Origin: Marsupella aquatica
Lineage: Eukaryota > Plantae > Marchantiophyta
Direction: 5' to 3'
DNA length: 64,000 nt
Assembly (NCBI GenBank): GCA_973895155.1
Contig: OZ316896.1
Location: 3,944,738 to 4,008,737, forward strand
Each line of letters opens with the position of its first letter. Position 1 is the first letter of the stretch. The position numbers and the translations under genes were made by a program. The notes below the pieces were generated by a model, which was not told where the DNA came from, made no database searches, and worked only from the letters and a program-made list of their open reading frames with translations. Of this stretch, positions 10,130 through 19,692 are shown piece by piece.

Positions 10130-13100
10130 ATGTGCAGGATCATAATTATTATGGTGACATCGATAGTCTGGATCAGGGAAGGCGGACAAGTAATTATAGG
10201 CATACGTGAGAAACAGGTTGGAAAAGGTCGCGTGATAAGTCTTGATCCTTCCAGGGTTTGTCACAATGTTCCTCTTGGGGCGGACAGAGTTCTTCTTCTA
10301 TTGGAGGAAGTTTTTGATGAGACCATTCTATGCGAAGATGGCAAAATTTTGAAGGACATGATTGGGGGTTACCTTGTATGGGAAAGGAATCAGCTTTTTT
10401 GAGCTCCCATGGAATCAGAGGATGTGTTTGGCACTGTTGGTGATGATCAAGATCCAGTCAATCAAAATTCTGATGGGAACAACCATAATGAGAGTCGGTC
10501 TGGTGTGGAAGTAGTTTTACCAAAGGCCTTGTGGATGGCATGCCTGTAAAGGTGGTGGATGAGAACAAGTTGATATTTGCAGTGGCAACTATACATGTTC
10601 TAGATCCTATAGTCAAGCTTGGGGATGTCACCCTTGGGAATACACATGTGGGAATTCTGATCAACGATTTTGTCGAGGGAGCTACCATAGATCATCTGAA
10701 GCATAGAGATTGCTTAAAAGCTTGGTCGATGGACCAACTCATTGCCAAGGATGGCAACTTGTTGTCTTTCCACAACATCAGGCAAGCTGTGGGAGGGAAC
10801 ACATCTCCAACAAGTGGCAAGCAGTCCTACGTCCATAAAAGTAGGAAAAGAAAGAGTCCATCTTCCCAGACATCTAGAAGAGACACATCTTTGGCACGTC
10901 AAGATGTGTTGTTGATAAACACTAAGGACTGTTGTAGTGAACATTGTTGCCAATATTTGGACCGCAACTTGGCTATGGAAATTAGGCAAAAGTGGTGGTC
11001 AAAATCTTTTGCGGAGCGCAAGGAGGAGGAAATCAAGGCTATTAAAAATACAATACACTTGGGTACTGGAGAAAGGATTCTAGCAGTGGAGGGCAAAGTA
11101 TTGTGCTTGGAGGCATGGAGAATCATTCATTCAAGAGGAAAGACTCAATTTTATGCCTTCAAGAAGACTGTGATGGCTGGAATGAACATAGGTACCCATG
11201 GTAATGCTGGAAAAAGGCGTATGTCCGAGAAAGTATCTCAAGCGTTCATGTCAATGAAAGAGATTATTGAGGAGGCAGCTGATCATCATCCAGCCAAGTT
11301 GAGAACCATGGCAGATAATACAAGGATGGTTTTGAGGGAATTGCCAACAAATCTTACTTGGGAGAATATTAGAAACAGGGTTAATGTTGTCAACCAGGAG
11401 GCTGGTTTTCCTCCAATTTCCCAACCCACCTTGAGTCATCTACATCACATGTATTTCAGGGAGTTCTCACGTCACAAAAAGGGCAACAACTTTTCAAAGT
11501 GTACAACTTGTAGTGAGTTGCTTCAACGGAAAGCAAACCTTACAGGAGCTAAGGAAGAGTTAGAGGGCCTAAGGCGTGACGAGGAGGAACATCACCAAGA
11601 CCACACATAACAAAGAATGTGCTATCATACCTGGAGATATGAGTCCATCCATCGTCCAAAGGAAGTGTTATGCCTTATTCATGATAAGATGGATCATTCA
11701 AAGACAGCTCTCCCAAGAATGCCCTTCAATCCTAAGCATGTGGATGGTGCCCAAAAGTTCCCAATTACTGTCACTGGTATCCTTACTCATGGTCATGGTC
11801 CCAAGGCCATAGCCCAATATCATGTTGGAGTGTGGCCAGGTGATGTCAACATCACTATTGGGTCAATTGATTCAATACTAAGGATGTTGGAAAACCCAAA
11901 TCCAATGATCAAATCACTTGTGGAGGGGCCAGACTCAACAAGTCTTTTTAAAGACCTCCTTTTTGGGAGAGCAGATATCTTGGAGGCAAGTGTCCTTAGA
12001 GCATTTGAGGATGACATTGCCTACATCTCAAGCCTAGGTACTTTACTCACAATCCTTTAATTTATTATTATTTAATAATATAAGCTCACACACACTAACA
12101 CTCTACTTTGTGTAGTTGTTGCTCCTCTTAGCCAAGGTTTCATTAATAGGGTTTAAACCCTAAACCCTAAATTGGGGTTTAGGGTCTGACTAGGGTTTTG
12201 TTTAAAAGCATTCTGAGATTGTTACATTGTGATGTAGCACCTGAGGCACCAAAGTTCAGGCCCCTTCCACGAGTATTGAAGCTACAACTGGATAATTGTG
12301 CCTCAGACAACAAGAACAGATATATGATGGCTTATTTGTCATTGTTGACGGCAAGGGAGGTGTTTGAAGAGGTTCATCTTGGTTTTATGGTGGTTGGGCA
12401 TACTCATGAGGACATTGACGGTATGTTCGGGCATTTTTCAGAGTCTATGATGCATAACCCCACATACTCATTGCCTGAGTTAATGTCCTTGTTCATGAGA
12501 GCAAGGACACCCAATGCAGTCCCATATTTTCTACAGGAGGTCCCAGATTTCAAAAACTACTTAGCTCCATTCATGTTGAAGGGCCCTGAGGCATTGGTGG
12601 GGCATTTAAAACCCAGGCTGTTTAGGTTCTATGTTCGTCATGATAGTATGCCATGCTTCCAATACAAAATGAAGTCAACTGATCAGGGATGGTTACCCAA
12701 GGAAGGTATTGAAATGTGGTCATGGAAAGATGACAAAAGTCCTCACATCCCAATTGGGGTGCCCAAACGGCTACCAATGATGGAGTTGAAAATGCTTCCT
12801 GAAGTGCTGACAGGGTTGAAGAAGCATGTGTCATTCTTTGAGTTTATTCTAAAGCGAACAAAAGAGGAAGAACCAAAGCGACGTTGGACAACTCTCATCA
12901 ATTATTGGAATGACATTGTAGATACTCTACAGGGTGAGCAGGTGCAATATGAACCTGAAGGTGCACACAACTTGGAATACGGGTTTTGGCCTTTATCAAT
13001 ATGGAGAGAGCACGTTCCACCAGAATATCGAAATGTGGCATGTGAGTTGGAGGCAACAGTGGATTATGTGGGACCAACAAAAGATAAACCTCCTGAGAGT

Positions 13101-13526
13101 TTTAACCCTAGGGTTGATGTTGTGAAGGGCTGTTATGTGTTGGTATGGCCGGACGACTCAGACCTGGATGTTTATCCCGTCCATATGGGGTTAGTTGTTA
13201 CAGATGTGGTAGAAGGACCAGTGAATGAACAAAACCTTCTTACTCATGTATGTGGCGTTGAGTGGTTTAGACCATTTATGGCAAAGAAGCAACGTGGTCA
13301 ATCAGACTGGCAGCCCAGAGAGCGGTGGGCAGATTCTTGGGATAAGAAATGGGAACGTGATCCATCTCCAATATACAAGGAAGCTGAGACAATAGATGTT
13401 TCCTCTGCCTTGTGGTGTTTCAAAGCACGCAAAGGACCAATGACAGGGCTGGTAGGAATTCCAAAGAATGTTGCTGTCAAGGCAAGAGACTATCTCTTGA
13501 CATGCATAGCAAGTGACAAATCCTAG
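10130..13526 (+). pseudogene. Disrupted DDD/E transposase, Sola-like/DUF7869-type, with two N-terminal Tnp1/En/Spm-like domains
   Basis: Motifs CCSEHCC, FSKCTTC, LIHDKMDHSK, LQLDNCASDNKN and VGHTHEDIDGMFG. N-terminal GRVISLDP..HNVPLG..GGYLVW and ATIHVLDP..GDVTLG..KAW repeats. Lesions: TGA at 10400-10402, a frame change near 10500, in-frame TAA at 11608-11610. A phase-1 intron 12038-12237 joins the last two ORFs. Confidence 0.75.
12146..12199. repeat. Plant telomere-like repeats in both orientations inside the transposase intron
   Basis: TAGGGTTTAAACCCTAAACCCTAAATTGGGGTTTAGGGTCTGACTAGGGTTTT. Confidence 0.75.
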
Positions 13527-13619
13527 ACAGTAATGAAGCATGTAGTTTAGCATACAGTTTAAAAGGCAACTCAGAATAGTAGTAGCTAGAGAACTCAAGT
13601 TTAGACAAGTTTTATCGTC

Positions 13620-14195
13620 TAAGTTAGTTAGTTGGTTAGTTTATTTAAGATATAATATTAGTTAGTGGGCCCTTAGTTTGGTGATATTAAGGCATGATAT
13701 TATTGACATTCAAATGAATGTCCAGTAGACATTGTAATATACAACAATCCTATTAATAAATAATAATTATAGTTACACCCTCAAGTGAACTCAACTTTCA
13801 ATGATTTCTGATTTTATATGGTTCCATGCCTGATTGAGTCAAAGCAATAGAAACTAACTAATTAAAGGGTGATACTATAATTGTAGGTCACGCACCCTGG
13901 TGCGTGTCAATCTTTTTTGTATTCAACCCTATAGTAATTAAATAGACAAGTTAGTTAGTTGGTTAGTTTATTTAAGATATAATATTAGTTAGTGGGCCCT
14001 TAGTTTGGTGATATTAAGGCATGATATTATTGACATTCAAATGAATGTCCAGTAGATATTGTAATATACAACAATCCTATTAATTGTTGTAAATAAACTA
14101 ATTAATTAAAGGGTGGTACTTACTATGATTGTAGGTCACGCACCCTGGTGCGTGTCAATCTTTTTTGTATTCAACCCTATAATAATTAAATAGAC
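13620..14195. repeat. AT-rich direct duplications downstream of the transposase
   Basis: ~13620-13755 matches ~13947-14082; ~13880-13945 matches ~14128-14195. Each of the latter pair carries CACGCACCCTGGTGCGTG. Confidence 0.9.
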
Positions 14196-16541
14196 AATTG
14201 AAACAATGAATGATAGTTTAATTAAGGATTTGTGCATGGATCAAGAGGTACTTGATGTCATTTAGTGATGCATTGTTATAAAGATCTTGCAACAAAACAT
14301 TTGAAGTTTTTGACTATCCCACCAAATGTTAAAGAGGTTGATCATTCATTAACTAATAATATTTAGATAAAATTGGAATTAATCTAATACTTCAGTATTC
14401 CTTAAATTGGGGTTAAGTTGTAATTATACAACACACTGCCAAAGAAAAAAGCTTCAAACTCAGAGAAAAGACTTTAAAGGCAGGTGACCCAAGAAAGGGG
14501 AGAAAAAAAGGAAACTCCAGGATGACCATGGCCCAAAGGACTGAAAGTTGCACAGTACAACAAAGGAACTAAAGCCCTACTCACCAGTAAACTTAAAAGA
14601 CTGGTAAAGCTGAGGAGTAAACTACACAGGAGGGTCCCAAGGAAGCATTTATTTAGAGTCCCTATTCCCAACGGGAACCCAACAGCCTCAGCCATTCCTA
14701 ATTAAAGAGTGAATGCCTGAGCCAGGCTCTATAGTGCAGAAAAACTGGGAAATAAGGCTGCGTCTCTACAAAAAATATCCTAGGCTGCATGGTTGCACAA
14801 CCATCTCTTTGGGCTTGGGACAGTCCCCAGGGATCGTTATGTAAGGGACACCTTACATGATTGAGCCCCCAAAACTTCCAAAGCTAAACAAATCCCCAAG
14901 TGAAGGTAGCCATCTGCATACCCCTCCTTCTCCTTGACCAGGGCTGCCTTGGCTGATAATTAGTATTACTTTATGTATACAGTAATGCCCTGGTGAAGAG
15001 ACATGATGAGCCATAACTCCCCCAAAATGAGAGCTTTAGCTTGAGTTTTGAGGGGCTATTGTTGCCCAGAATGCCCTTGCAATAGGGCATTACTGAACAC
15101 ACTTTAAGTTCTAAGAGATTCACGCTTAAAGGTCTAAGATATTCAATCTTAAGTTTTTGGTCCAAGTCTATACTATGCACTTTTCTCAATAGAAGCACCA
15201 AAATTTACTAACGGAAAGTCAATAAGAACATTAAGACAGTTACCCAAGAGGTAGAAGCCCAAGCGTGTGATGAAAGAAGAAGCTAAAATGCCAAGAGTTT
15301 GCTAGGTTTTCTTCTGTTTTGTATGGTAAAATTGTGAGTTACGTATGCTTAAATTGATTGATGGGGTCATTGCATAAGTCCTAGTATTCAAAGCAAGGTG
15401 TGTATTGTATAAAATATATTATGCTACATATGAAAAACAAAGCCAAACCTAACTAAAGTCTTTAAGTACACAGGCCACAATGCCCTGGAAAAATTGCTTT
15501 AGCTCAGGGGCTACTACTGCTGATATTTCAATATATATATACCTGTGCGTTGCACAAAATAAGTAGTTGTGCAAAAGATGTCGTTGCATAAAAGATGTCC
15601 ATGTGAGAAATGTGTCATAGCACAATACGATGGTATTGAAAAAGATGTTGCATAAACAATTTATTTGCATAAGGATGTCTTTGAGTGAAAGATTTCTTTG
15701 CATAAAAGATGTTATTAAAAGATGGCATGGAAGAAGTCATTGAAGAAAAGGTCGAGGTGCCATAGAGGCAAGGTGACCAGATCCATGGACGCATGATGGC
15801 AACTGTGAGGTCCAAATAGGGCCATGCCACTATTCACTTTTTTCCTCCTCTCCCCCCTCCTTCTCTCCTCCCCCTCCCTAGTACATAAGGGAGGCAGTGG
15901 GCGAGGGCAAGGCCCAAGGAAAGGCAAGTGGGCATAGGGGGCAGGTAAGAGGTGGACAGACTGTGGGTCCCCCTTGCTATGTTCTCTTTCCCAGAGGCAT
16001 TTGGTCCATCTTTCTCCCACCCCTCGTGCTCCTCGAGAAAAAAAAAACCCATCTGATGTGGTTCAAGCTACTATAAATGTGGATATTTTTGGTCAAAACA
16101 AGTGGTAAAAACAGTGTATGGTGCCAATGGGTTGTAAGGAAATTAAACTAATCCCACTAGGAAGGCAAAAGGCTATTGGGGCAAAAGAGAAACCTCCTTG
16201 CAAACCTGTATGTTGGGTGTCTGATGCAAACATGACATTAGCTATGGACAGAAAACCTTAAAACCGGCAATAACCATAAATAACGCTATCAATGTTAGGA
16301 AGACCTTAATAAGGGGTCTACCTCAAAATTTGATGGACTAAGTTAAGGTTACCATTAGACTACCAAATTCATAATCCATATTAAGTCTTTGTCATCAAGA
16401 TTGGTCATACAATAACCATAAATAATGCTATGTTAAGAAGATCTTAATAAGGGGTCTACCTCAAAATTTGATGGACTAAGATATGGTTACCAACAGAAAA
16501 AACATAAAAATTTTAGGATCACCAAATTCATAATCCATATT

Positions 16542-16897
16542 TGTTGAGCATAGAAAACAATCGTAACGGTAAACACATGACACACCCAATGCGTAACTAA
16601 TCGACACAAGAGATATGTGATTCACCTCCTCGAGGCAACATCCACATGAACAAATAAGAGAGCTTTACCAAACTCTAAGCCCGTCGGTCACACCAAGTGT
16701 CCACAATGTAAGACAGTTCTCTTCTTCTCTCAAGTGATTCGGTAACAATGAGCCTTAGTTCCACATATCCTATCAAGCACCGTTTAGAATATAGTGTGTA
16801 ACTTAGTCAACTTCACCACGTCTTTGATCACGATTAACTTAACTACAATTACATGTCATAAGCCTACTGTAGATGTAATAGTAAATACCTCACAACA
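16542..16897. mobile_element. Probable solo LTR (~356 bp)
   Basis: TGTTG...CAACA ends. It interrupts the second copy of a local ~140-bp duplication (16268-16409 vs 16410-16540 + 16898-16925). No clean TSD. Confidence 0.5.
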
Positions 16898-17289
16898 TTA
16901 TGCTTTTGTCATCAAGATTGGTCATATGCCATGATCACAAGTCAATGTAGAGTCTAGTGATGAAAAAAGAAAAGACTTTTACAAAACCATGTGAAATAGA
17001 TATGGTCATTTGTTCCTGGTCAAAAGCCGTCATCCCAAAACCTTGAGACCCCCAATTAGTCCCCCTAGTGAGTCGATCCAAATCTTGACAGTGCATGCTT
17101 CGCACGACCTCAGATGTACATCTAAAGAGAAAGGTCTCGAGGGGCACTAAGTTTTTCAAACAGTCTGCGTCCTCGTTCTCGCCAGTCGTGCTCCATGGTG
17201 CCTTTCCAGACCGTGGCCTGATTCTATCGTTGGAATTAGTACTTTCCACCCTCAAAAGGGGAGCTTTTTGACGAGGTTATTCCATGATC

Positions 17290-17452
17290 CATGAAGCTGT
17301 CGTTTCTTTTTTGCCTCGAAGGTTTCGAAGAATTCGATTACCTGAAGCTGCTATTGAGTTTTTGCCTCGAAGGTTTCAAAAAATTCGATTCCCTGAAGCT
17401 GTGATTGAGTTTTGCCTCGAAGATTTCAAAGATTTCGATTCCCTGAAGCTGT
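17290..17452. repeat. ~46-bp tandem repeat x3-4
   Basis: Recurring (C)TGAAGCTG...TTTTGCCTCGAAG(G/A)TTTC...TTCGATT. Confidence 0.85.
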
Positions 17453-17974
17453 TCTTTGTTCACTTCGGCAAACATTGTCGTTTCTCTTCGAAGCTCGAGA
17501 AAGACAATCAGACCTAGTCCGCATACCCTGACACCGCTCGAGATCAGCAGGGTAGTCCTTCGAGCTGTGGTTTGTTTGCTGAGGGGAAGCCCTGCAGACC
17601 AGCAGGTTTTCTTGGATCATGTATGTACGTCCAATGTCTCGTGCCCACTTCTCAAATAATCGTGGAAGGCAAATTGGTGGAAGTTTTGAAAGATTTGTAA
17701 GTGAATCCATCCTGCTTCTCCCGAAGGCTTGATTCGGAATTGGTATCCAATTACTGTCATGACATTACACGAGAATGTCAGGAGATCGTTTGGTTTTGAT
17801 ACTAGTTCCTCCTGAGAGATTGCCGGAGCTTTTGTCTCGAGGAGGTCTGGTGCCTAGCTGGTGGAGCTAAATAGACACTCTGTTTTGGAGAGAACGACAT
17901 TCTCATGAACAATCAAAGGAAGTGTTTCTAATTTCTATTAGTGGAGTAGCCAATGTGTCACGCGGCGTGTTCTG

Positions 17975-18529
17975 ATGGCTTTGTTGAGTTCTTCTTACCC
18001 TTTCAGTCGAAGCAGAGCTCTTCATGAAAGTACACAATTCTATTCCGTCAAGAATTCTATGCTATCCTTTGAGTCTTCTCCTGAGAGATTTTCGCTGCGC
18101 TCCGTTGCATCCCTCAGAGGATTAGGTCAGGCAGGTGTGATACGAGGCATTATCAGCGGAGCGCCTGCTCCAGGACTGAGTACTATGGCGCTTCAAGGAG
18201 GGGAAAGGGCTCCTCGACGTTTGGTTGATTTTGTAAGAGCTATTCCTAAAATATCGAGAGTGTATTTCAAAAGCCCTTTCAGGAGAGCTCTCTATGGAGG
18301 AATTTCTCTCCTGGGCGGATTTTTTGTTGCACATACGTTAACGCTTTCCTTGGGGGCATTGGGGTTAAATGACGTTGTTGCAGCTGCTGTCTCTCTGGTC
18401 GTTGCGGAGTACATCACTAAGTTTTATCATACTCGATCACAAATGACATTTATCGTCGCCCTTGTTAACAATTTCAAGATCGGATTCACGTATGGTTTGT
18501 TCATTGATGCCTTCAAGATAGCCAGTTGA
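17975..18529 (+). CDS. ycf20: Ycf20-like (DUF565) chloroplast-targeted protein, NPQ6-like
   Basis: Ser-rich transit-peptide-like N-terminus, then RRLVD..IPKISRVYFKSPFRRALYGGISLLGGF...NNFKIGFTYGLFIDAFKIAS, the typical plant DUF565 C-terminus. Confidence 0.88.
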   Translation: MALLSSSYPFSRSRALHESTQFYSVKNSMLSFESSPERFSLRSVASLRGLGQAGVIRGIISGAPAPGLSTMALQGGERAPRRLVDFVRAIPKISRVYFKSPFRRALYGGISLLGGFFVAHTLTLSLGALGLNDVVAAAVSLVVAEYITKFYHTRSQMTFIVALVNNFKIGFTYGLFIDAFKIAS

Positions 18530-18650
18530 GCCAGGCATCCTGCTGGGATCACTAGATCTTCTCATTCTTGGTAACAGTTTCTCATTTTTTAACAACAATC
18601 GTCGACAGAATCAGAAGATTTATTCATCGTATGGTTTCGTTTATTGATAC

Positions 18651-18713
18651 CTTTTTCAATGCTGACCTCGTCTACCTTGACTCGGAAGGTAGACGAGGTC
18701 AGCATTGAAAAAG
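18651..18713. repeat. Perfect 28-bp inverted repeat with 7-nt loop
   Basis: CTTTTTCAATGCTGACCTCGTCTACCTT-gactcgg-AAGGTAGACGAGGTCAGCATTGAAAAAG. Confidence 0.97.
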
Positions 18714-18855
18714 TGAGATTGGACTCGACCAAGGTTGTATTGGGTGTCACAGATTGTTAGTCAATCTGAGCTGTTGACCAGCCAGCTCTGTTTGCTGAAT
18801 CTGTGGACAAAGCCGACAGGAACAGTATGTTCAAACCCATTCAGAGTCTCTTAAA

Positions 18856-19117
18856 AGAGCCATTGACGAAAATCAGCTGAATATTTGAAGGGCTTCTTCA
18901 CGTTTGACAGGACGAAGCCATGAGAAAACATTCTGTCCAAGTGGTTTGCTGAAATCTCCCAGCTCAATGCCTCATCTCACCTCTAGAGAGCCATTGACGA
19001 AAAGCAGCTGAATATTTGAAGGGCTTCTTCACGTTTGACAGGACGAAGCCAAGAGAAAACATTCTGTCCAAGTGGTTTGCTGAAATCTCCCAGCTCAATG
19101 CCTCATCTCACCTCTAG
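18856..19117. repeat. 131-bp near-perfect tandem duplication
   Basis: AGAGCCATTGACGAAAA starts at 18856 and 18987. Confidence 0.95.
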
Positions 19118-19692
19118 AGTCACATTGCAGCGGTGCAATTCACTGTGATTCGTCTAGCGGTTGAGCAGCGTGAAATTGTGCTCTGTAACTCGAGTCGTGT
19201 CATAGAATGTCTGGATTAGATAAAAAATTTGTTGTTGTCAGTTTGCAATGTTGAACGGAAAGGAGAATGTAGAAAATCTGTTGATTATAGCCGTAATTAC
19301 TTTGAGATAAATTGTTGATCGAACAAGTCCTAAAATACTAGACCGCTTACACTGCTAAATTATTTTACTATTTTTCTATATTACAAGATTGTATGTGTAT
19401 TACTCAATGTGTATTACTCTGGACAGCTTAGAGATCCTTCCCAAACCTGGGGGTCCATAGTATTTTATTCTGTACATTCTGTACAAGACCTGCAAAGGGC
19501 AATTGAACCGAAGAAAATAACATGGATTCCTAGAAATCTCCGTTGGAATGTCTCTATGGTGGACCTGGAAAATCCAATATAAGTCCAAGCTACTAATACA
19601 GCCACAAAGTAAGAAACGAACGGGTCTGGAAATAATCTGATATGGTGCTAGACGTCTGAAACCCCTTAACGACTACAAGTCAGCTGCAAAGC

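Larger units (their letters stand above)
1..14200. mobile_element. Putative large composite DNA transposon (Sola-like/DUF7869 transposase plus passenger genes); left end outside window, right end approximate
   Basis: Contains a transposase remnant (10130-13526), several internal tandem-repeat arrays and ~20 copies of one 18-bp palindrome from 998 to 14154, not seen further right. No TIR or TSD identified. Confidence 0.6.
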
